Shown here piece after piece: positions 56,108 through 64,000 of a stretch of DNA of 64,000 bases (positions within the stretch are counted from its first letter, which is position 1; each line of letters starts with the position of its first letter). The notes beneath the pieces were generated by a model. The model searched no databases. It saw only the letters and a list, made by a program, of their open reading frames with translations, and was not told where the DNA came from. Position numbers and translations under genes: made by a program. Origin of the DNA: an uncultured Gemmatimonadales bacterium (GTDB lineage Bacteria; Gemmatimonadota; Gemmatimonadetes; Longimicrobiales; Longimicrobiaceae); the NCBI GenBank assembly GCA_963716255.1, contig OY970303.1:3648001-3712000 (forward strand), read 5' to 3'.

Positions 56108-56728
56108 GTGGCTGAGCGGAATCGTGGCGCCGCCGCGCCCCGGGCCCGCGCCACCGTTGCCGGGGCGAGCTGGTACGGCCGCGACGTTTCCGGGGAGGTC
56201 CACGAGGGCGTGCTGTTCGTGGACCTGGACATGACGGAGGCGGAGAACGGCGGCGCCACCTTCACGGAGTGCACCTTCCGCGGGTCGCGCTTCAACGTTT
56301 CCGCGCACGACGGCGCCGCGTTCGTGAACTGCACCTTCACCGGCTGCAACTTCTTCGACGCGCGCTTCACCGGGTGCAAGCTGGTGGGCAGCACCTTCGA
56401 CCGCTGCACCTTCGAGGTGATGAAGGTGGTGGGCGGCAACTGGTCGTTCGTGGGGCTCCCGGGCGCGGACCTCCGCTCGGCGTCCTTTCGCGGCGTGCAG
56501 ATGCGGGAGGCCGACCTCGCCGGGGCGCGCTTCCAGGGCGGATCGCTCCGCGACGTGGACCTGTCGGGGGCGTCGCTGCACGGCGCAGACCTGTCGCGCT
56601 GCGACCTGCGCGGGAGCGACCTGAGCGCCCTCCGGCCGGACGGCGTGGAGCTCCGGGGCGCCATCATCACCATCGACCAGACCCTCGTCATCGCCGAGGC
56701 GCTGGGGCTGGACGTGCGGGCCGAGTAG
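56108..56728 (+). CDS. Pentapeptide-repeat protein (MfpA/Qnr-like fold)
   Basis: ATFTE CTFRG SRFNV .. AAFVN CTFTG .. ADLRS ASFRG .. ADLSR CDLRG. Confidence 0.9.
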   Translation: MAERNRGAAAPRARATVAGASWYGRDVSGEVHEGVLFVDLDMTEAENGGATFTECTFRGSRFNVSAHDGAAFVNCTFTGCNFFDARFTGCKLVGSTFDRCTFEVMKVVGGNWSFVGLPGADLRSASFRGVQMREADLAGARFQGGSLRDVDLSGASLHGADLSRCDLRGSDLSALRPDGVELRGAIITIDQTLVIAEALGLDVRAE

Positions 56729-57385
56729 GTGCGGGGATCGACGACGGGGGCGGAAGACGCGGCGCCGGAGCGCCTGTACGGCGTGTTCGGGGAGAACGCG
56801 TTCGAGGGCGGGCTGTTCTACGTCAACGAGCCCGCGCTGCGCTTCGAGCTGTCCCGCGGCGGCTCCCGGGTGGAGCAGTTCACGCAGGCGTACGACCGCG
56901 CGCGGGAGATCGCCGGGCACGTCTTCCGCGGCTCCGCCTCGCTGGTCGTGGTGCTCGCCTGGCCCGGGGAGGGACCGCCCGTCCGCCACATGGACGTCTT
57001 CCGCTCGCTGCGCGCGTGCGGGGTGCGCATGGGACGCCCGCGGAGCTGCTGGACGCGGGAGTACGAAGCCGACGGGGACGATCCCACGGAGCGGCGCACG
57101 CTGGTGGCGTTCCGCGCCGACGCGTCGGCGCTCGACGGCCTCCTGTGGGGCGCTCTGGGCGTGGACCTGGGGATCCGCCCCCGGCTGCTCGCCCGCGTCT
57201 ACCTGGCCGACCCGGAGCGCGGCCTGCTCCTGTACCCGTACGACGACCGGGGGATGGACGTGATCGGGCCGGACCGGGAGCGGCTGCGCGAGCTGTTCGC
57301 GCGCTTCCACGACTACCTGCTGGCCTACGACCTGGCGCGGATGGAAGGGTTCTTCGCGCCCGGCGGGGCGGGCCCCACCCCGTAG
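56729..57385 (+). CDS. DUF3885-like protein
   Basis: LFY..ALRFEL; YPYDDRGMDVI; F.DYLL.YD..RM. Confidence 0.75.
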   Translation: MRGSTTGAEDAAPERLYGVFGENAFEGGLFYVNEPALRFELSRGGSRVEQFTQAYDRAREIAGHVFRGSASLVVVLAWPGEGPPVRHMDVFRSLRACGVRMGRPRSCWTREYEADGDDPTERRTLVAFRADASALDGLLWGALGVDLGIRPRLLARVYLADPERGLLLYPYDDRGMDVIGPDRERLRELFARFHDYLLAYDLARMEGFFAPGGAGPTP

Positions 57386-57397
57386 CCCGGAGGACGG

Positions 57398-57832
57398 ATG
57401 GCGCAGACGGCGGCGTGGCTCCCCTGGGCCCTGGGCTCCGCGGTGTTCGCGGCGCTCACCGCGGTGCTCGCGAAGGTGGGGCTGGAGGGGATCGACCCGG
57501 ACTTCGCGACGCTGGTGCGCACCGTGGTGATCGTCGCGGTGCTGGGGGCGTTCGTGGCGGCCACGGGGAAGTGGCGGAGCCCGCTGGAGCTCCCCGGGCG
57601 CTCCGCGGGGTTCCTGGTGCTCTCGGCGCTGGCCACCGGCGCGTCGTGGGTGTGCTACTTCCGCGCGCTCAAGCTGGGGGACGCCTCCCGGGTGGCCCCG
57701 GTGGACAAGCTGAGCGTGGTGCTGGTGGCAGTGTTCGCCGCCGCGTTCCTGGGCGAGCGTCCGGCCCCGCGCGACTGGCTGGGGATCGCCCTGGTGGCGG
57801 CGGGCGTGCTCGTGCTCGGCTTCCGCCGGTGA
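57398..57832 (+). CDS. EamA-family small membrane transporter
   Basis: FAALTAVLAKVG..D.ATLVRT; SWVCYFRALKLG.AS.VAPVDKLS. Confidence 0.92.
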   Translation: MAQTAAWLPWALGSAVFAALTAVLAKVGLEGIDPDFATLVRTVVIVAVLGAFVAATGKWRSPLELPGRSAGFLVLSALATGASWVCYFRALKLGDASRVAPVDKLSVVLVAVFAAAFLGERPAPRDWLGIALVAAGVLVLGFRR

Positions 57833-57902
57833 GGTGAGGCGCGGAGATGCCGCCGATCGCCACGTCCGTCGCCCGCCCCGCTCCCCACACCGAGACCCGT
57901 CC

Positions 57903-58424
57903 ATGACCGCCGACGCCATGCCCCACATCCGCAGGCCCACCACGCCCGGCCGGGCGGTGCTGCTGGGCACGCTCGCCGTGGGCGTGCTGGACCTGCTGGA
58001 CGCCTTCGTGTTCTTCGGCGCGCGGGGAGTGCCGCCGGTGACAATCCTCCACAGCATCGCGTCCGGGCTGCTGGGGCGGGCCGCCTTCGCGGGCGGGCTC
58101 CCCACGGCGCTCCTGGGGCTGGCCGTGCACTTCGCCATCGCCTGCGCGGTGGTCGTCGTGTACCACCTGGCCAGCCGGCGCTTTTCCGCCCTCTGCCGCC
58201 ACCCGTTCGTGTGGGGCCCCATCTACGGCATCGGGGTCTACTTCGTGATGAACCGCCTGGTGTTGCCTATGACGGCGGCTATGACCGGGACGCCGACGCT
58301 GCCCGTCCTCGTCAACGGCCTGCTGATCCACGCGCTGGGCGTGGGGCTGCCGAGCGCGCTCTCCGCCCGTGCCGCAGGGCGCGCGGCAGCGGCCCGGCCG
58401 GAGCACGCGGGAGGGGCGCGATGA
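57903..58424 (+). CDS. Four-TM membrane protein
   Basis: SIASGLLG..AF.GG..TALLGLAVHF; G.IYG..VYFVMN.LVLP. Confidence 0.8.
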   Translation: MTADAMPHIRRPTTPGRAVLLGTLAVGVLDLLDAFVFFGARGVPPVTILHSIASGLLGRAAFAGGLPTALLGLAVHFAIACAVVVVYHLASRRFSALCRHPFVWGPIYGIGVYFVMNRLVLPMTAAMTGTPTLPVLVNGLLIHALGVGLPSALSARAAGRAAAARPEHAGGAR

Positions 58425-58780
58425 ACCCGCTCCGGGACGGGTGGGAGATCGGAGACGTGGAGGCGGTGATCGAGCGCGGTCTGGCCGACGAGCTGCTGCA
58501 CGTGCCCATCAGCGTGTCCCTGGGCCCGCCCGACTGCGCCTGGGCACAGGACGTGTGCCTGCGCCTGGCCTCGCACCCCCACTTCAACGTGCGGGGGAAC
58601 GCCGTGCTGGGCTTCGGCCACCTGGCGCGGACGTGCGGCGAGCTCGACGAGCTGCGGGTGCGGCCCGTGGTGGAGGCGGCGCTCCGCGACCCGGACCCGT
58701 ACGTGCGCGGCCAGGCGGACGCCGCCGCCGGCGACATCGTGCATTTCCTGGGCTGGCGGATCGATGGCTGGTCCGGCTGA
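58421..58780 (+). CDS. HEAT-repeat-like hypothetical protein
   Basis: ATGA overlap; H..NVRGNAVLGFGHLAR; ALRDPDPYVRGQA. Confidence 0.75.
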   Translation: MNPLRDGWEIGDVEAVIERGLADELLHVPISVSLGPPDCAWAQDVCLRLASHPHFNVRGNAVLGFGHLARTCGELDELRVRPVVEAALRDPDPYVRGQADAAAGDIVHFLGWRIDGWSG

Positions 58781-58802
58781 AGCGGGTTCGACGGCCGGGT
58801 TC

Positions 58803-58931
58803 GGGCGTGCCCCCGGCTGGCGCCGGGGTCGGGCTTCGGCTCCGTAAGGCAGCAAACAACGCTGCCTAACGGAGTCGAGCCCGCGCAAACAGCCGCGCGG
58901 TCTCGCCCCTTCGGGCCGAAATCCCTCACGC
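58803..58931 (-). repeat. Structured repeat family 1, copy 6
   Basis: Reverse orientation; P4 CCGCGC/GCGCGG, P5 GGCAGC/GCTGCC. Confidence 0.92.
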
Positions 58932-58999
58932 GGTCCGTGCTGGCGTCCGCGGGGTCCCACCCGGCTCGCCCGTGCGCGACCCATCCCGATGCTTCCATC

Positions 59000-59749
59000 G
59001 TGAACATACCTCGCGCGCTCCGCTCCCTCCTTCCCGCGGCCCTGCTGGGGCTCGCCGCGTGCCCCCGGGGCGGTGCGGCGTCCGCACCGCCGCCGTGCAT
59101 CCTCCCCGATGCCGCGCTCCTCGTCACGGCCGGCGAGTACGAGCTGCGCCCCGGCGCCGTGGACACGGTCCGGCTGCACGCCTCCACCCACCCCGGTGCG
59201 TTCGCCCCCCTGCCGGACGGGTGCCGCGCCGCCTGGTCGCTCCCGGAGGGCGGGCCCGCGAGCGTGGACGCGGCGAGCGGCGTGCTGCGCGTGGAGGCCG
59301 GCGCGGCGGACGGGGCCGCGTTTCCTCTGCTGTCGCGCGTCGCGGGGCGCGAGGTCCGCACCGTCGTCCGGGTGGTCGATCCCGCGCGCAGCCCGCTGGT
59401 GGGCACCTGGTCGCAGGTGGGGCGGACGCCCTGCGGCGCAGGCGCGGCCGAGTCCGCCCCCGCCGAGCCCATCCTGGAGCTGCGATTCCACCGCGACGGG
59501 CGCTTCAGCGTCACCTGGCTCCCCTTCGAAAGCTACACCGACTACTGGGGGACGTACGACTATGACGCGGCGAGCGGCCGGCTGCGGCTGGAGTTGGAGC
59601 GCGGCAACTTCGTCCCCACGGAGCTGGACCTGGAAGGGCGGGCCGCGGTGAGGGACGGCGTGCTCCGGCTGCGGGAGATGTCGCTGGGGAGCCGGACGCC
59701 GGGCGGGGAGCCCGCTTGCGGGCTGCGCTTCGCGCGGGGTGGGCCGTGA
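59000..59749 (+). CDS. Hypothetical lipoprotein
   Basis: LAAC lipobox; LVGTWSQ; FSVTWLPFESYTDYWGTY. Confidence 0.75.
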   Translation: MNIPRALRSLLPAALLGLAACPRGGAASAPPPCILPDAALLVTAGEYELRPGAVDTVRLHASTHPGAFAPLPDGCRAAWSLPEGGPASVDAASGVLRVEAGAADGAAFPLLSRVAGREVRTVVRVVDPARSPLVGTWSQVGRTPCGAGAAESAPAEPILELRFHRDGRFSVTWLPFESYTDYWGTYDYDAASGRLRLELERGNFVPTELDLEGRAAVRDGVLRLREMSLGSRTPGGEPACGLRFARGGP

Positions 59750-60330
59750 GCGCCCCCGCGTCGGCCCGCGACGAGGTGATCGAGACCCCGCGGCTGCGCC
59801 TGCGCCGCTTCACCGCCGCGGACCTCCCCGCCTTCGTGGCGTACCGCAACGACCCCCGGGTCGCCCGCTACCAGAGCTGGGACGACTGCACCCCCGACGA
59901 GGCCGACGCCTTCCTGGCCGAGCAGGACGGGCTGCGGCCCGGGACGCCGGGCACCTGGTTCCAGTTCGCCGTGGAGGTCAGGTCCACGGGCGCGCTGGCC
60001 GGCGACTGCGCCCTGCACGTGCACGACGAGGACCCGCGCCTGGGCGCGATCGGCTACACGCTCGCGCGTGAGGCGCAGGGCCGCGGCTACGCCACCGAGG
60101 CGGTGCGCGCCCTGCTCGGCTACGCCTTCGGGACGCTGCGGCTGCACCGCGTCAGCGCCACCACCGACTGCGAGAACGCCGCCTCCGTCGCGCTGCTGGA
60201 GCGCGTGGGAATGCGCCGCGAGGCGCACTTCCGCCAGCACGTCTGGTTCAAGGGGCGCTGGTCGGACGAGTACGTGTACGCGCTGCTCCGCGACGAGTGG
60301 ACGGCCCCCGCGCCCGCGCCCCCCGGCTGA
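59746..60330 (+). CDS. RimJ/RimL-family GNAT acetyltransferase
   Basis: ETPRLRLRRF, IGYTL..QGRGYATEA, N.AS..LLERVGM. Confidence 0.92.
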   Translation: MSAPASARDEVIETPRLRLRRFTAADLPAFVAYRNDPRVARYQSWDDCTPDEADAFLAEQDGLRPGTPGTWFQFAVEVRSTGALAGDCALHVHDEDPRLGAIGYTLAREAQGRGYATEAVRALLGYAFGTLRLHRVSATTDCENAASVALLERVGMRREAHFRQHVWFKGRWSDEYVYALLRDEWTAPAPAPPG

Positions 60331-60360
60331 CCGGCGCCGATCTTGCGCCGCGGCGCGCCC

Positions 60361-61176
60361 ATGAGACGATTCCGCCTCCTCCTCCCGCTCCTGCTCGCGG
60401 CCGCGTGCGCCCCGGCCGCCGTCCGGCCCCCCGGTCCGACGGGCCCCTCCGCGCCCGCCAACGTCCACCCCGGCTTCGACGCCGCCGTCTACCCCGGCGA
60501 GGCGGCCATGCGCGCCTGGCGTGCCGGGTCGCCGTACCGGTGGACCGGCTACTACCTCCCCTCGCCCTGCCACCGCGACGCCTCGTGGAGCGGGACCCGG
60601 GCGGCGCTTGAGGGGCAGGGCTGGGGGATCGCAGTGCTGTACGTGGGGCAGCAGGCCTTCGAGGACGCGCCGGTCGCCGGGGCCGAGCAGCCGGGCGGCC
60701 CCGTCCTGTGCTCGCGCACCCTGCTGGGCACCGGGCGTGGCCGGGCCGACGCACGCGACGCCGTCGCCCGCGCCATGGCCAAGGGGTTCGCGCCCGGCAC
60801 CGTGGTGTTCCTGGACGTCGAGCGCATGCGCGCCGTCCCCGACAGCATGCTGGCCTACCACGCCGCGTGGACCGGGGAGCTGCTGCGCGACGGGCGCTAC
60901 CTCCCCGGCACCTACGCGCACCAGGCCAACGCCGCGCAGCTCTTCGCCTCGGCCCGCGCCGTGTACGCCGGCGCCGGCCGCGCGGAAGCGCCCCCGTTCT
61001 GGATCGCGGGGGGAAGCGGCTTCGGGCTGGACCAGCCGCCGTACGCCGTGGGGCTGCCGTACGCGCGGGTGTGGCAGGGCGCCATAGACGTGGACCGCGC
61101 CTGGGGCGGCGTCCGGCTGCGCGTGGACGAGAACACCGCCGACCGCCCCTCGCCCTCCGCACCCGCGGCGCCCTAG
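60361..61176 (+). CDS. DUF1906 / Rv2525c-like glycoside hydrolase lipoprotein
   Basis: AAAC lipobox; GFD..YPG, GYYL, VLYVGQQ, VFLDVE, VWQ..VDEN. Confidence 0.85.
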   Translation: MRRFRLLLPLLLAAACAPAAVRPPGPTGPSAPANVHPGFDAAVYPGEAAMRAWRAGSPYRWTGYYLPSPCHRDASWSGTRAALEGQGWGIAVLYVGQQAFEDAPVAGAEQPGGPVLCSRTLLGTGRGRADARDAVARAMAKGFAPGTVVFLDVERMRAVPDSMLAYHAAWTGELLRDGRYLPGTYAHQANAAQLFASARAVYAGAGRAEAPPFWIAGGSGFGLDQPPYAVGLPYARVWQGAIDVDRAWGGVRLRVDENTADRPSPSAPAAP

Positions 61177-61282
61177 GCCGTTCTCCTTGCCCGCGGCCGG
61201 ACCCCGCCCCTAGCTTGCGCCCCGGCCGCCGGCTCCGTCGCGTCCGGGGCCTCGTCCGTCCATCCGCTCCCGGGGTTCCGCC

Positions 61283-61642
61283 GTGCCCATCCTCCGCATC
61301 CTCCTCGTGCTGGCGCTGCTCCTCCCGTCCGGGGGGTGCTTCGGCTACCGCCTGATCCGTCCCGACGAGGTCCCCGTGCCCTCGTACGACCCCCGCCCGG
61401 TCGCCGTCCCCGCCGAGTGCGAAGCCCTCCTCCGGCGCGCCGCCGCCGAGGGCGTGGCCCGGCTCTCCGAAGCCGAGGCGCGCACCGTGAGCTTCTGCCA
61501 GGGGCAGCAGCTCATCCGCGCCCAGGAGGAGGAGGCCGCCTCCCGCAAGCTGGAGGCGCACGCGTCCGCGGCGAGCCTGGCGCTGAACGTCGCCACCGTG
61601 GTGGTCGGCGGCCTGATCGCGGTGCTCGCGTGGGCGTTCTGA
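61283..61642 (+). CDS. Hypothetical lipoprotein with C-terminal TM helix
   Basis: SGGC lipobox; hydrophobic C-terminus. Confidence 0.7.
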   Translation: MPILRILLVLALLLPSGGCFGYRLIRPDEVPVPSYDPRPVAVPAECEALLRRAAAEGVARLSEAEARTVSFCQGQQLIRAQEEEAASRKLEAHASAASLALNVATVVVGGLIAVLAWAF

Positions 61643-61757
61643 CCCCGGCGCACCCGGCGCCGCGGCGGCCGCCCGTGCGCGGCGCCCGCCCGGCCCGCGT
61701 CCTGCGTGCGCCCCGCCGGCATCCGCAGGCGCGCACCACGCACCCCGAGGCACCCCC

Positions 61758-62174
61758 ATGTTCCGACTGAGCTCCGAGAGCGAGCACGAGACGCAGTCGC
61801 AGGGAGGGACCCGCTACCTCTTCGCGCTCGGGCACTACGAGTGTCACGACGCCATGGACGGCGAGGGCGAGCTCCGCCACTTCGTCGTGGACACCGGCGG
61901 CGCCGGGGCCGAGGCCCCCGTCTACGAGACCGACCGCGCCACCATGTACGAGCTGATGGCCCGCTACCTGGCCGGCGAGTACGAGAAGCGCGAGTACGAG
62001 ATGGAGCGCTCGCCCGCCCACGAGGCCCTGCTGGACACCCTGGAGATCGCCGCCGCCCGCGCCCGCGCCGGCGAGTCCGAGTTCTCGTTCGACGACCTGG
62101 GCATCGCGGAGGACTGGGACGAGATCGACGAGGATGTCGAGGGCGACGACGAGGAGCAGGGCGAGGAGCGTTAG
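61758..62174 (+). CDS. Acidic hypothetical protein
   Basis: High-GC3 codon usage; D/E-rich tail. Confidence 0.75.
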   Translation: MFRLSSESEHETQSQGGTRYLFALGHYECHDAMDGEGELRHFVVDTGGAGAEAPVYETDRATMYELMARYLAGEYEKREYEMERSPAHEALLDTLEIAAARARAGESEFSFDDLGIAEDWDEIDEDVEGDDEEQGEER

Positions 62175-62187
62175 GAGCGGCAGGTTC

Positions 62188-62316
62188 GGGCGTGCCCCCG
62201 GCTGGCGCCGGGGTCGGGCTTCGGCTCCGTAACGCAGCAAACAACGCTGCGTAACGGAGTCGAGCCCCGCGAAACTGCCCGCGGGTCTCTCCCCTTCGGG
62301 CCGAAATCCCTCACGC
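62188..62316 (-). repeat. Structured repeat family 1, copy 7
   Basis: Reverse orientation; P5 CGCAGC/GCTGCG. Confidence 0.92.
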
Positions 62317-62403
62317 GGGCATCGCGCTGGCGTCCGCTGGGGCCCCCACCCCGGCGCTGCGCGCCACCCCTCCCCCGCCCACCCTTCCGCCCGGAGACCG
62401 CCC

Positions 62404-62850
62404 ATGGCGAGCAGCAGCGCCGCCACCGTGGAGGAGTACCTGCGGGAGCTTCCGCCGGAGCGCCGCGAGGTGGTGTCCGCGGTGCGCGACGTGGTGCTCC
62501 GCAACCTCCCCGCGGGGTACCGCGAGAGCATGAGCTTCGGGATGATCGGATACGGCATCCCGCTGGAGCGCTACCCGGACACCTACAACAAGCAGCCGCT
62601 CGCCTACGCCGGCCTGGCCGCGCAGAAGAACCACTACGCCCTCTACCTGATGAGCGTATACCAGGACCCGCAGACGGAGGCCGCCTTCCGGGAGGCGTTC
62701 GCCGCGGCCGGCAAGAAGCTGGACATGGGCAAGTCGTGCGTCCGCTTCCGCCGGCTGGAGGACCTCCCGCTGGACGTGGTGGGCCGGACGATCGCCGCCA
62801 CCCCACCCGAGGAGATGATCCGCCAGTACGAAGCGAGCCGCCGCCGGTAG
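62404..62850 (+). CDS. DUF1801 family protein
   Basis: TVEEYL..LP..R; YPDTYNKQPL; LAAQKN; KLDMGKSCVRF. Confidence 0.9.
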   Translation: MASSSAATVEEYLRELPPERREVVSAVRDVVLRNLPAGYRESMSFGMIGYGIPLERYPDTYNKQPLAYAGLAAQKNHYALYLMSVYQDPQTEAAFREAFAAAGKKLDMGKSCVRFRRLEDLPLDVVGRTIAATPPEEMIRQYEASRRR

Positions 62851-62951
62851 CACGAGGTGCGAAAGTGCGGGAACGGCGCTGTGCCGAGCCGCTGCCGTGC
62901 TCCCCCTCTCCCGCTTGCGGGGGAGGGGGCCGGGGGGAGGGGGCCGCCGTC

Positions 62952-63080
62952 GCGTGAGGGATTTCGGCCCGAAGGGGCGAGACCCGGCGGCAGTTTGCCG
63001 GGGCTCGACTCCGTTACGCACGGTTGTTTCGTGCGTTACGGAGCCGAAGCCCGACCCCGGCGCCAGCCGGGGGCACGCCC
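62952..63080 (+). repeat. Structured repeat family 1, copy 8 (reference copy)
   Basis: GCGTGAGGGATTTCGGCCCGAAGGGGCGAGACCCGGCGGCAGTTTGCCGGGGCTCGACTCCGTTACGCACGGTTGTTTCGTGCGTTACGGAGCCGAAGCCCGACCCCGGCGCCAGCCGGGGGCACGCCC. Confidence 0.92.
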
Positions 63081-63112
63081 AAGCCTGCCGTTGTACCCTG
63101 CCTTAGACGAGG

Positions 63113-63970
63113 ATGGCAATGAACAACACGGACGACGACCGGAGAGAGATGGGCAGGGAAGAGGTGGCGGCCCAGCTCCGCGCGCTCGGCGTGGAGGAGG
63201 GCGGGGTCCTGCTCGTGCACACCTCCTTCCGCGCCATCCGGCCGGTGGAGGGCGGACCAGCCGGGCTGATCGGGGCGCTGCGGGACGCCCTGGGCCCCCG
63301 GGGCACGCTGGTGATGCCGTCGTGGACGGGGGACGACGAGCGGCCCTTCGACCCGGCGGCCACCGCGGCGTCGCCCGACCTGGGCGTGGTGGCCGACACC
63401 TTCTGGCGTCTCCCCGGGACGGCGCGCAGCGACCACCTGTTCGCCTTCGCGGCGGCGGGCCCGCGGGCGGAGGAGGTCACCGCGGGCCCGCTCCCGCTCC
63501 CGCCGCACGTCCCGGCGAGCCCGGTGGGCCGGGTGCACGACCTGGACGGCCAGGTGCTCCTGCTGGGCGTGGGCCACGACGCGGACACCACGCTGCACCT
63601 GGCGGAGCTCCTGGCGGGGGTCCCGTACCGGGTGCCCAAGCACGTCACGGTGCTGCGCGACGGGCGCCCCGTCCGGATGGAGTACGGGGAGAACGACCAC
63701 TGCTGCGAGCGCTTCGCCCTGGCGGACGGGTGGCTGCGGGAGCCGGGCCTGCAGCACGAGGGGCGCGTGGGGAACGCTCCCGCCCGGCTCGCGCGCTCGC
63801 GCGACGTGGTGCGCGTGGCGCGGGAGCGGCTGGCGCGCGACCCGCTCGTGTTCCTGCACCCGACGGACGCAGGGTGCGCCGAGTGCGACGAGGCGCGGGC
63901 GAGCGTCGCCGCCTGGCGGCGTGAAACCCCGGCCGCGGACGGCCCGTACGGGCAGGAGCAGCCCCTCTGA
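63113..63970 (+). CDS. aac(3): Aminoglycoside N(3)-acetyltransferase, AAC(3)-IV-like
   Basis: GGVLLVHTSFR, GTLVMPSW, PDLGVVADTFWRLP, VLLLGVGHDADTTLHLAE, ENDHCCERFALAD, GCAECD. Confidence 0.9.
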   Translation: MAMNNTDDDRREMGREEVAAQLRALGVEEGGVLLVHTSFRAIRPVEGGPAGLIGALRDALGPRGTLVMPSWTGDDERPFDPAATAASPDLGVVADTFWRLPGTARSDHLFAFAAAGPRAEEVTAGPLPLPPHVPASPVGRVHDLDGQVLLLGVGHDADTTLHLAELLAGVPYRVPKHVTVLRDGRPVRMEYGENDHCCERFALADGWLREPGLQHEGRVGNAPARLARSRDVVRVARERLARDPLVFLHPTDAGCAECDEARASVAAWRRETPAADGPYGQEQPL

Positions 63971-64000
63971 ACCTTTCCAGGGACGACCATCATGAAAGCC

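Noticed and set aside
56108..56728. Calling the pentapeptide protein a quinolone-resistance gene
   Set aside because: The fold alone does not establish Qnr/MfpA function
24805..63080. CRISPR array, tRNA or hammerhead ribozyme reading of the 130-bp repeat
   Set aside because: Copies are dispersed with no spacers or cas genes; no T-loop GTTCRA or CCA end; no CUGANGA/GAAA core
63992..64000. ATGAAAGCC, a possible next gene start
   Set aside because: Only three codons are visible; cannot be supported

Overview
Very GC-rich bacterial DNA. SusC/SusD, a PEP-CTERM protein, many lipoproteins and sigma54-type promoters suggest Gemmatimonadota (Longimicrobium-like); this is an inference. I see about 55 plausible CDSs and no rRNA, tRNA or CRISPR array. 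Main candidate for a new system: a four-gene DUF11 (conserved repeat domain) operon at 2783-11678. Its proteins carry split Ig-like domains, with N-terminal 'NxA' donor strands and C-terminally truncated Lys/Asp acceptor domains. These are distributed as expected for a donor-strand-complemented, possibly isopeptide-cross-linked pilus with tip, chaperone-like subunit, major pilin and outer-membrane anchor. Second highlight: eight copies of a ~130-bp multi-stem repeat with compensatory base changes. One copy is split by a complete IS4-family element with an 11-bp target duplication, and one supplies a stop codon. A second palindromic repeat family sits in frame inside a fused 5-oxoprolinase. Also present: lower-GC islets with PD-(D/E)XK-like nucleases, a toxin-antitoxin/orphan-antitoxin cluster, a DUF4062-STAND-helical-repeat gene split by one in-frame stop, tandem cfa-like methyltransferases bracketed by a duplicated gene end, an NAD salvage operon and an aac(3)-IV-like gene. 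All family assignments come from motif recognition, not database searches.
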